A DNA stretch of 64,000 nt, from contig OZ374565.1 of assembly GCA_977862235.1 (NCBI GenBank), positions 2,542,001 to 2,606,000 on the forward strand, given 5' to 3'. How positions within the stretch are numbered: position 1 is the stretch's first letter; every line of letters begins with the position of its first letter. This document shows, piece by piece, positions 9,901 through 19,100 of this stretch. The position numbers were made by a program, and so were the translations under genes. Under the pieces are notes generated by a model that was not told the DNA's origin, searched no databases, and saw only the letters and a list, made by a program, of their open reading frames with translations. The DNA is from Dudresnaya verticillata. Its lineage: Eukaryota.

Positions 9901-10446
9901 CGGTGCAGGAGGCGGCTCCTGGCTGTCCGGGATTCGTCGCGGGGCTGGCAGGATATCGTCCGCTGGCTCGCCGTCCTCGGGTTGCGTCTCCGTGACCGCG
10001 TCCAGAGCAGGAGACTGTGATGGCGCGGCTACAGTTTCTTCACGGCTCGGTGTCGTCAATTGGTTGGACGGGACGTGGGAGAACGCCGGAGTGCGAGTAG
10101 CGGGACATGCGCTGCAATTCTTGTACCGCATACTGTACATGCCTTCACTGTTCATGCGGGAGCTACAGTGGGTGGGCATGTACTTGTTGTGAGTCACACA
10201 GTACCATACTCCATAGTCCAGGAGCTGCTGCTTGAGAGGCTCGATGTCGGTCCTCGTCGGTGGTCCTCGCCTGCCAGGAACATGCATCTTCCGCAGGTGC
10301 ATGAGTAGCGCTTCTACAGTAGGCAGTGAGGACGACTGGCAGCCCAGAGGACAGCTGGTACTGTTTGTCGGGCGGTGTTTTGCCGAAGGCATAAAGCATG
10401 GAGAGAGCCATACCTTCGGCATGTCGGGGTGCTGCTGACCAATCAT
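6958..10446 (-). CDS. RT-RLE retrotransposon protein, 1162 aa (copy 2)
   Basis: Same motifs as copy 1. Confidence 0.95.
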   Translation of the reverse strand: MIGQQHPDMPKVWLSPCFMPSAKHRPTNSTSCPLGCQSSSLPTVEALLMHLRKMHVPGRRGPPTRTDIEPLKQQLLDYGVWYCVTHNKYMPTHCSSRMNSEGMYSMRYKNCSACPATRTPAFSHVPSNQLTTPSREETVAAPSQSPALDAVTETQPEDGEPADDILPAPRRIPDSQEPPPAPVPATREVPTAQTPPVARGPGGQLLPAVEDICRSHIPMVTHIPSRVRAEVRDALSKTVWAFTNTTNSQEATKELTAFLLFPAAVLSNPPAASARASASTSASSIGTFRDRIRRWGLKDYDALWQEALKGSTFREQTAPSAEEQRRINASRALRLAKEGAYSKAAAALDSDGIAPATDSVIQSMKDKHPQSVPQTDADHELDQSEPLPTMPDFVPFTADEVRKAVAKFPRASASGGTGLSPTHLQELLSVPTTHEHTGLLGGLTKMVNVLASGAGPAELSPWIASAPLTALKKRTGGVRPIAVGETIRRLVSSMLMTRVAPKAKAYLEPLQLGVATSGGTEAIVHAVRKLQKSHGHDKSYGLLQVDLKNAFNLVSRKAFMKEVRRHMPELLPWVRYCYDSEGPHLWMGDTLLRSVTGVQQGDPLGPLLFALVLQALIKQLKELTADLRRSGRNQQAEGANNLLLSLFYLDDGVIVAKHAVLRKVLSFFDSEEAKGYGFHLRMDKCTVWWPTAPDPEDCAAYPSDLGQSYGEGTTVLQAPIGTQNYMEESVNGHVESIQPLLDAISGLEDLHVAITLLRNCAGVCRLNYLLRVVPSSATAKGAELFDQKIEACMRKLVGGVLPRDTFRELQLPLRTKEPSFGIGISGAGDMNSSAFLASLSLTRNLLRSILPASVNTALSDDPFAVEAHEDWSAKCHSEDALDLEKIDSDECPRQRDLTRLVLKKVQAELPLGDRRTQAFRASLGVPGAKDWLKCQPAPGMKTYIADRDYRVWLRFYCRIPLLEPDTECPRAGCKKMMDVHGDHLLICPNGMRNSGSPRSWRHDSQVRLLASDLKRATRTPIVEPRPVGAHLDRPDIKALGTEGGTDYLDVTISHPLSSEQRILSCITNPQGTLKNAHADKVRTYRGFIQAAGPGARLVPVPMTTLGGWHPEAHKYMQELADTVASRAMVTRGVSRAALFHRHAARLVQNNVKCLMEGIQQEV

Positions 10447-11186
10447 GGTTACAGCGCTGGGTAAGGTACCTGTAAAGGTCCTCTACAGTAGGTTCCCACG
10501 GGGCACAGGCCTCCTAACCGGGACGCAAGCCTGTCGTCCGTCGTCAGTCTGTTCGGGACACCTCCAGAGGGTGCTACAGGTGGCCTTGCTGCGAGATGAG
10601 GGCCTCTTCGCAGCGTAGGGCGCGAGATCGCGCACTTTGCGCACGAGCTCGCGCAAAAGGGCGCGCGTGTTAGCGTTCGTGCGCGCAGAGTTATCGGACG
10701 TTCCCTTCCCTGCCGCAGCTGAGAAGACTCTCTTCACTGCGGTCCTGTAACGCGCGGTACTTCTCGTTTGCACAAGCTCTCAATGGGGTCGCAGAACCAC
10801 CGTTTACCTGTGAGTGCCCACAGGATTTTTGGCCTCCCCCGAAGGTTCGCTGGCAGGACGTTCGCTCGATCTTAGAAGGGGTGGTTTCAAAACAGGATCC
10901 ACCAGGCTTAAGCCACGTTACCCCAACTTCGACGTTGCTTGGCACGTTTCTGCGATGAGCTTGTGGGTCACGAGCCGCCTACCACTCAAGGTCGAGGGTC
11001 TTTGGCGATTCCCACACTTGTAGGTCTCTCGGCACTTCCCGAAGGAAGATTTTACAGGACAAGCCTGGCCTTTACCAATCTGTCAGTTGAAGGGTGTGAA
11101 ACCCCTCTGTCGACAGTCCACGGCAGCCTAGACAGAGTCTAGGCTGTGCCGGGTACAAGCAAAACGCGTACAGGGCCAGGGAAAGA

Positions 11187-11232
11187 AAGATAAGTCAGTG
11201 GGGCCCGGGCAAATTTCAAGGTGAGGGATCAC
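11187..11232 (+). promoter_or_regulatory. 5S internal-control-region mimic in the element 5' UTR (copy 2, consensus form)
   Basis: AAGATAAGTC-N22-AGGTGAGGGATCAC; 10/10 and 14/14 identity to the reconstructed host 5S gene at identical spacing. Confidence 0.65.
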
Positions 11233-11543
11233 CTTAAAAGTAAGCGCAAAATAGGAAACGCGTGACCGTCGGCGACGACGGCGGCGGCGACGGCGGCGAC
11301 GACGACGGCGTCGCGGCGCAGATCGGCGGCGCGGAAAGAGACAAAAGTAGACCGCGCTCGCCCGCCCGCGAAGGTGAAGGGCTGAAAAACCCCGCACCGA
11401 CGCGCCGTCGCGCGCTCGAACAGGCGGCACCGCCGCCGAAAAGATCGGTGCAGAACTTGCTGAGAAATCTCCGAAACAAAAAATTCGGCAGATCGCGAGG
11501 GGTTCTCCAGTCTCAGTCTGAGGTGAGGGAGTACTCAGGTGAG

Positions 11544-14500
11544 TTCAACTTTATAACAGGTGATCATATTCTAATATTTGTCGACGTACAATCTACTGTA
11601 GTATCACAACAAAGTTAAACCCCAACTCAAACAACTTGCACATCTACACCTCCTGTTGGATCCCTTCCATCAGGCACTTGACGTTGTTCTGCACCAGTCG
11701 CGCCGCGTGCCTGTGGAACAGAGCCGCTCGCGAAACACCGCGAGTTACCATGGCCCGAGAAGCCACGGTATCCGCCAACTCTTGCATATACTTGTGCGCC
11801 TCCGGGTGCCAGCCACCTAGTGTGGTCATCGGCACCGGCACAAGCCTTGCCCCCGGTCCGGCAGCCTGGATGAAGCCACGGTAAGTCCGCACCTTGTCAG
11901 CGTGGGCGTTCTTCAGCGTCCCTTGCGGGTTTGTTATGCAGCTGAGAATGCGTTGTTCTGACGACAGTGGATGACTGATTGTGACGTCCAGGTAGTCCGT
12001 TCCTCCTTCTGTTCCAAGCGCCTTGATGTCCGGCCGATCCAGGTGAGCCCCCACAGGGCGGGGCTCCACAATCGGGGTGCGTGTCGCACGTTTCAGATCC
12101 GAAGCCAGCAGACGAACCTGAGAGTCGTGGCGCCACGACCGAGGAGATCCGCTGTTCCGCATGCCGTTCGGACAAATCAGCAGATGGTCGCCGTGAACAT
12201 CCATCATCTTCTTGCACCCGGCCCGAGGACACTCCGTGTCGGGTTCCAGCAGTGGAATCCGACAGTAGAATCGAAGCCATACGCGGTAGTCCCGATCCGC
12301 AATGTACGTCTTCATGCCTGGTGCCGGCTGGCACTTGAGCCAGTCCTTGGCGCCCGGCGCGCCAAGGGAAGCTCGGAAAGCTTGCGTCCGCCTGTCCCCG
12401 AGCGGCAGCTCGGCTTGCACTTTCTTCAGTACCAACCGCGTCAAGTCCCTCTGGCGTGGGCACTCGTCGCTGTCGATCTTCTCCAGGTCCAGAGCATCCT
12501 CACTATGGCACTTGGCGCTCCAGTCTTCGTGCGCTTCTACTGCAAAAGGATCGTCAGAAAGAGCAGTGTTCACAGAAGCGGGTAAGATAGAACGCAGTAA
12601 GTTGCGGGTCAGTGAAAGGGACGCCAGAAACGCGCTCGAGTTCATGTCGCCAGCTCCCGAAATACCGATTCCGAAGCTGGGCTCTTTCGTGCGCAGGGGA
12701 AGCTGAAGTTCGCGGAAGGTGTCCCTCGGTAGGACTCCTCCCACGAGCTTGCGCATGCAAACCTCAATCTTCTGGTCGAAGAGCTCGGCGCCCTTCGCCG
12801 TGGCGGATGATGGAACTACTCGCAGCAGGTAGTTCAGCCGGCAGACTCCGGCACAGTTGCGGAGTAGAGTGATGGCCACGTGTAGGTCTTCTAGTCCCGA
12901 AATTGCGTCCAGCAGGGGCTGGATGGACTCGACATGGCCATTCACGCTCTCCTCCATGTAGTTCTGCGTTCCAATCGGAGCCTGAAGTACTGTAGTGCCT
13001 TCTCCGTAGCTCTGCCCAAGATCCGACGGGTAGGCAGCGCAGTCTTCTGGGTCGGGTGCAGTAGGCCACCAAACAGTACACTTGTCCATGCGCAGGTGGA
13101 AGCCATAGCCCTTAGCTTCCTCGGAGTCAAAGAAGGACAGAACCTTCCTGAGTACGGCGTGTTTCGCCATGATGACGCCGTCGTCCAGGTAGAACAGTGA
13201 CAGCAGCAAGTTGTTCGCCCCCTCCGCTTGCTGATTGCGGCCCGAGCGCCACAGGTCGGCGGTGAGTTCCTTCAACTGTTTGATCAGTGCCTGCAGCACC
13301 AAAGCAAACAGTAACGGCCCGAGCGGGTCACCTTGCTGTACACCAGTGACACTCCGCAGTAGAGTGTCACCCATCCACAGGTGCGGGCCCTCAGAGTCAT
13401 AACAGTATGTGACCCACGGTAGTAGTTCAGGCATATGTCGGCGGACCTCCTTTATGAATGCTTTGCGGCTGACAAGGTTGAAGGCATTCTTCAAGTCCAC
13501 TTGTAGCAACCCGTAGGACTTGTCATGGCCGTGAGACTTCTGCAGCTTCCGGACCGCGTGTACAATCGCTTCTGTGCCGCCCGAGGTTGCGACCCCGAGC
13601 TGAAGCGGTTCGAGGTATGCCTTGGCCGTGGGAGCGACTCTGGTCATGAGCATAGAGCTCACGAGTCGTCGGATTGTCTCTCCTACAGCAATGGGGCGGA
13701 CACCGCCGGTGCGCTTCTTCAGAGCCGTGAGAGGAGCGCTGGCAATCCAAGGCGACAGCTCCGCAGGTCCTGCGCCGCTGGCCAGCACGTTGACCATTTT
13801 GGTGAGCCCGCCAAGCAGGCCCGTGTGCTCGTGAGTGGTCGGGACTGAGAGCAGTTCCTGCAGATGCGTCGGTGATAGTCCTGTTCCCCCCGAGGCCGAA
13901 GCCCGGGGGAACTTGGCCACTGCTTTTCGTACTTCGTCGGCTGTGAAAGGCACGAAGTCAGGGATGGTCGGCAGCGGTTCGGACTGGTCAAGCTCGTGGT
14001 CCGCGTCGGTTTGCGGTACGGACTGCGGGTGCTTGTCCTTCATGGACTGTATCACCGAGTCTGTGGCTGGCGCGATTCCATCAGAGTCTAGAGCTGCTGC
14101 TGCCTTACTGTAGGCGCCCTCCTTTGCAAGGCGAAGGGCTCGTGAGGCATTGATACGGCGTTGCTCTTCTGCGGAAGGCGCAGTCTGCTCACGGAATGTC
14201 GAGCCTTTCAAGGCCTGCTGCCATAGGGCGTCGTAATCCTTGAGTCCCCAGCGTCGGATTCGATCGCGGAAGGTGCCGATCGAGGACGCAGAGGTTGACG
14301 CGCTGGCCCTTGCACTCGCCGCGGGAGGATTGGACAAGACGGCTGCTGGAAAGAGCAGGAATGCAGTGAGCTCTTTGGTGGCTTCCTGAGAGTTGGTTGC
14401 GTTCGTAAAAGCCCATACCGTCTTGGACAGTGCGTCGCGCACCTCGGCGCGGACGCGAGACGGTATATGTGTGACCATAGGGATATGCGAGCGACAGATA

Positions 14501-16182
14501 TCTTCGACCGGCGGCAGAAGCTGCCCTCCTGGACCCCGCGCAACGGGTGGGGTTTGCGCAGTTGGTACCTCTCGAGTAGCAGGTACCGGTGCAGGAGGCG
14601 GCTCCTGGCTGTCCGGGATTCGTCGCGGGGCTGGCAGGATATCGTCCGCTGGCTCGCCGTCCTCGGGTTGCGTCTCCGTGACCGCGACCAGAGCAGGAGT
14701 CTGTGATGGCGCGGCTACAGTTTCTTCACGGCTCGGTGTCGTCAATTGGTTGGACGGGACGTGGGAGAACGCCGGAGTGCGAGTGGCGGGACATGCGCTG
14801 CAATTCTTGTACCGCATACTGTACATGCCTTCACTGTTCATGCGGGAGCTACAGTGCGTAGGCATGTACTTGTTGTGAGTCACACAGTACCATACTCCAT
14901 AGTCCAGGAGCTGCTGCTTGAGAGACTCGATGTCGGTCCTCGTCGGTGGTCCTCGCCTGCCAGGAACATGCATCTTCCGCAGGTGCATGAGTAGCGCTTC
15001 TACAGTAGGCAGTGAGGACGACTGGCAGCCCAGAGGACAGCTGGTACTGTTTGTCGGGCGGTGTTTTGCCAAAGGCATAAAGCATGGAGAGAGCCATACC
15101 TTCGGCATGTCGGGGTGCTGCTGACCAATCATGGTTACAGCGCTGGGTAAGGTACCTGTAAAGGTCCTCTACAGTAGGTTCCCACGGGGCACAGACCTCC
15201 TAACCGGGACGCAAGCCTGTCGTCCGTCGTCAGTCTGTTCGGGACACCTCCAGAGGGTGCTACAGGTGGCCTTGCTGCGAGATGAAGGCCTCTTCGCAGC
15301 GTAGGGCGCGAGATCGCGCAATTTGCGCACGAGCTCGCGCAAAAGGGCGCGCGTGTTAGCGTTCGTGCGCGTAGACTTATCGGACGTTCCCTTCCCTGCC
15401 GCAGCTGAGAAGACTCTCTTCACTGCGGTCCTGTAACGCGCGGTACTTCTCGTTTGCACAAGCTCTCAATGGGGTCGCAGAACCACCGTTTACCTGTGAG
15501 TGCCCGCAGGATTTTTGGCCTCCCCCGAAGGTTCGCTGGCAGGACGTTCGCTCGATCTTAGAAGGGGTGGTTTCAAAACAGGATCCACCAGGCTTAAGCC
15601 ACGTTACCCCAACTTCGACGTTGCTTGGCACGTTTCTGCGATGAGCTTGTGGGTCACGAGCCGCCTACCACTCAAGGTCGAGGGTCTTTGGCGATTCCCA
15701 CACTTGTAGGTCTCTCGGCACTTCCCGAAGGAAGATTTTACAGGACAAGCCTGGCCTTTACCAATCTGTCAGTTGAAGGGTGTGAAACCCCTCTGTCGAC
15801 AGTCCACGGCAGCCTAGACAGAGTCTAGGCTGTGCCGGGTACAAGCAAAACGCGTACAGGGCCAGGGAAAGAAAGACAAGTCAGTGGGGCCCGGGCAAAT
15901 TTCAAGGTGAGGGATCACCTTAAAAGTAAGCGCAAAATAGGAAACGCGTGACCGTCGGCGACGACGGCGGCGGCGACGGCGGCGACGACGACGGCGTCGC
16001 GGCGCAGATCGGCGGCGCGGAAAGAGACAAAAGTAGACCGCGCTCGCCCGCCCGCGAAGGTGAAGGGCTGAAAAACCCCGCACCGACGCGCCGTCGCGCG
16101 CTCGAACAGGCGGCACCGCCGCCGAAAAGATCGGTGCAGAACTTGTTGAGATATCCGCGAAACAAAAATTTCGGCAGATCGC
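11544..16182 (-). mobile_element. Retrotransposon copy 3 (full length, subtype A)
   Basis: Head-to-tail with copies 2 and 4, separated by target-derived sequence. Confidence 0.95.
11644..15132 (-). CDS. RT-RLE retrotransposon protein, 1162 aa (copy 3)
   Basis: Same motifs as copy 1. Confidence 0.95.
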   Translation of the reverse strand: MIGQQHPDMPKVWLSPCFMPLAKHRPTNSTSCPLGCQSSSLPTVEALLMHLRKMHVPGRRGPPTRTDIESLKQQLLDYGVWYCVTHNKYMPTHCSSRMNSEGMYSMRYKNCSACPATRTPAFSHVPSNQLTTPSREETVAAPSQTPALVAVTETQPEDGEPADDILPAPRRIPDSQEPPPAPVPATREVPTAQTPPVARGPGGQLLPPVEDICRSHIPMVTHIPSRVRAEVRDALSKTVWAFTNATNSQEATKELTAFLLFPAAVLSNPPAASARASASTSASSIGTFRDRIRRWGLKDYDALWQQALKGSTFREQTAPSAEEQRRINASRALRLAKEGAYSKAAAALDSDGIAPATDSVIQSMKDKHPQSVPQTDADHELDQSEPLPTIPDFVPFTADEVRKAVAKFPRASASGGTGLSPTHLQELLSVPTTHEHTGLLGGLTKMVNVLASGAGPAELSPWIASAPLTALKKRTGGVRPIAVGETIRRLVSSMLMTRVAPTAKAYLEPLQLGVATSGGTEAIVHAVRKLQKSHGHDKSYGLLQVDLKNAFNLVSRKAFIKEVRRHMPELLPWVTYCYDSEGPHLWMGDTLLRSVTGVQQGDPLGPLLFALVLQALIKQLKELTADLWRSGRNQQAEGANNLLLSLFYLDDGVIMAKHAVLRKVLSFFDSEEAKGYGFHLRMDKCTVWWPTAPDPEDCAAYPSDLGQSYGEGTTVLQAPIGTQNYMEESVNGHVESIQPLLDAISGLEDLHVAITLLRNCAGVCRLNYLLRVVPSSATAKGAELFDQKIEVCMRKLVGGVLPRDTFRELQLPLRTKEPSFGIGISGAGDMNSSAFLASLSLTRNLLRSILPASVNTALSDDPFAVEAHEDWSAKCHSEDALDLEKIDSDECPRQRDLTRLVLKKVQAELPLGDRRTQAFRASLGAPGAKDWLKCQPAPGMKTYIADRDYRVWLRFYCRIPLLEPDTECPRAGCKKMMDVHGDHLLICPNGMRNSGSPRSWRHDSQVRLLASDLKRATRTPIVEPRPVGAHLDRPDIKALGTEGGTDYLDVTISHPLSSEQRILSCITNPQGTLKNAHADKVRTYRGFIQAAGPGARLVPVPMTTLGGWHPEAHKYMQELADTVASRAMVTRGVSRAALFHRHAARLVQNNVKCLMEGIQQEV

Positions 16183-16197
16183 TCAGTCTGAGGTGAG

Positions 16198-19100
16198 TTC
16201 AACTTTATAACAGGTGACCATATTCTAATATTTGTCGACGTACAATCTACTGTAGTATCACAACAAAGTTAAACCCCAACTCAAAACAACCTGCACATCT
16301 ACACCTCCTGTTGGATCCCTTCCATCAGGCACTTGACGTTGTTCTGCACCAGTCGCGCCGCGTGCCTGTGGAACAGAGCCGCTCGCGAAACACCGCGAGT
16401 TACCATGGCCCGAGAAGCCACGGTATCCGCCAACTCTTGCATATACTTGTGCGCCTCCGGGTGCCAGCCACCTAGTGTGGTCATCGGCACCGGCACAAGC
16501 CTTGCCCCCGGTCCGGCAGCCTGGATGAAGCCACGGTAAGTCCGCACCTTGTCAGCGTGGGCGTTCTTCAGCGTCCCTTGCGGGTTTGTTATGCAGCTGA
16601 GAATGCGTTGTTCTGACGACAGTGGATGACTGATTGTGACGTCCAGGTAGTCCGTTCCTCCTTCTGTTCCAAGCGCCTTGATGTCCGGCCGATCCAAGTG
16701 AGCCCCCACAGGGCGGGGCTCCACAATCGGGGTGCGTGTCGCACGTTTCAGATCCGAAGCCAGCAGACGAACCTGAGAGTCGTGGCGCCACGACCGAGGA
16801 GATCCGCTGTTCCGCATGCCGTTCGGACAAATCAGCAGATGGTCGCCGTGAACATCCATCATCTTCTTGCACCCGGCCCGAGGACACTCCGTGTCGGGTT
16901 CCAGCAGTGGAATCCGACAGTAGAATCGAAGCCATACGCGGTAGTCCCGATCCGCAATGTACGTCTTCATGCCTGGTGCCGGCTGGCACTTGAGCCAGTC
17001 CTTGGCGCCCGGCACGCCAAGGGAAGCTCGGAAAGCTTGCGTCCGCCTGTCCCCGAGCGGCAGCTCGGCTTGCACTTTCTTCAGAACCAACCGCGTCAAG
17101 TCCCGCTGGCGCGGGCACTCGTCGCTGTCGATCTTCTCCAGGTCCAGGGCATCCTCACTATGGCACTTGGCGCTCCAGTCTTCGTGCGCTTCTACTGCAA
17201 AAGGATCGTCAGAAAGAGCAGTGTTCACAGAAGCGGGTAAGATAGAACGCAGTAAGTTGCGGGTCAGTGAAAGGGACGCCAAAAACGCGCTCGAGTTCAT
17301 GTCGCCAGCTCCCGAAATACCGATTCCGAAGCTGGGCTCTTTCGTGCGCAGGGGAAGCTGAAGTTCGCGGAAGGTGTCCCTCGGTAGGACTCCTCCCACG
17401 AGCTTGCGCATGCAAGCCTCAATCTTCTGGTCGAAGAGCTCGGCGCCCTTTGCCGTGGCGGATGATGGAACTACTCGCAGCAGGTAGTTCAGCCGGCAGA
17501 CTCCGGCACAGTTGCGGAGTAGAGTGATGGCCACGTGTAGGTCTTCTAGTCCCGAAATTGCGTCCAGCAGGGGCTGGATGGACTCGACATGGCCATTCAC
17601 GCTCTCCTCCATGTAGTTCTGCGTTCCAATCGGAGCCTGAAGTACTGTAGTGCCTTCTCCGTAGCTCTGCCCAAGATCCGACGGGTAGGCAGCGCAGTCT
17701 TCTGGGTCGGGTGCAGTAGGCCACCAAACAGTACACTTGTCCATGCGCAGGTGGAAGCCATAGCCCTTAGCTTCCTCGGAGTCAAAGAAGGACAGAACCT
17801 TCCTGAGTACGGCGTGTTTCGCCACGATGACGCCGTCGTCCAGGTAGAACAGTGACAGCAGCAAGTTGTTCGCCCCCTCCGCTTGCTGATTGCGGCCCGA
17901 GCGCCGCAGGTCGGCGGTGAGTTCCTTCAACTGTTTGATCAGTGCCTGCAGCACCAAAGCAAACAGTAACGGCCCGAGCGGGTCACCTTGCTGTACACCA
18001 GTGACACTCCGCAGTAGAGTGTCACCCATCCACAGGTGCGGGCCCTCAGAGTCATAACAGTATCTGACCCACGGTAGTAGTTCAGGCATATGTCGGCGGA
18101 CCTCCTTCATGAATGCTTTGCGGCTGACAAGGTTGAAGGCATTCTTCAAGTCCACTTGTAGCAACCCGTAGGACTTGTCATGGCCGTGAGACTTCTGCAG
18201 CTTCCGGACCGCGTGTACAATGGCTTCTGTGCCGCCCGAGGTTGCGACCCCGAGCTGAAGCGGTTCGAGGTATGCCTTGGCCTTGGGAGCGACTCTGGTC
18301 ATGAGCATAGAGCTCACGAGTCGTCGGATTGTCTCTCCTACAGCAATGGGGCGGACACCGCCGGTGCGCTTCTTCAGAGCCGTGAGAGGAGCGCTGGCAA
18401 TCCAAGGCGACAGCTCCGCAGGTCCTGCGCCGCTGGCCAGCACGTTGACCATTTTGGTGAGCCCGCCAAGCAGGCCCGTGTGCTCGTGAGTGGTCGGGAC
18501 TGAGAGCAGTTCCTGCAGATGGGTCGGTGATAGTCCTGTTCCCCCCGAGGCCGAAGCCCGGGGGAACTTGGCCACTGCTTTTCGTACTTCGTCGGCTGTG
18601 AAAGGCACGAAGTCAGGCATGGTCGGCAGCGGTTCGGACTGGTCAAGCTCGTGGTCCGCGTCGGTTTGCAGTACGGACTGCGGGTGCTTGTCCTTCATGG
18701 ACTGTATCACAGAGTCTGTGGCTGGGGCGATTCCATCAGAGTCTAGAGCTGCTGCTGCCTTACTGTAGGCGCCCTCCTTTGCAAGGCGAAGGGCTCGTGA
18801 GGCATTGATACGGCGTTGCTCTTCTGCGGAAGGCGCAGTCTGCTCACGGAATGTCGAGCCCTTCAAGGCCTCCTGCCATAGGGCGTCGTAATCCTTGAGT
18901 CCCCAGCGTCGGATTCGATCGCGGAAGGTGCCGATCGAGGACGCAGAGGTTGACGCGCTGGCCCTTGCACTCGCGGCGGGAGGATTGGACAAGACGGCTG
19001 CTGGAAAAAGCAGGAATGCAGTGAGCTCTTTGGTGGCTTCCTGAGAGTTGGTTGCGTTCGTAAAAGCCCATACCGTCTTGGACAGTGCGTCGCGCACCTC

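Larger units (their letters stand above)
6857..11508 (-). mobile_element. Retrotransposon copy 2 (full length, subtype B)
   Basis: Precise GGTGAG|TTCAAC 3' junction; 5' end GCAGATCGC-GAGGGGTTCTCC. Confidence 0.95.
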
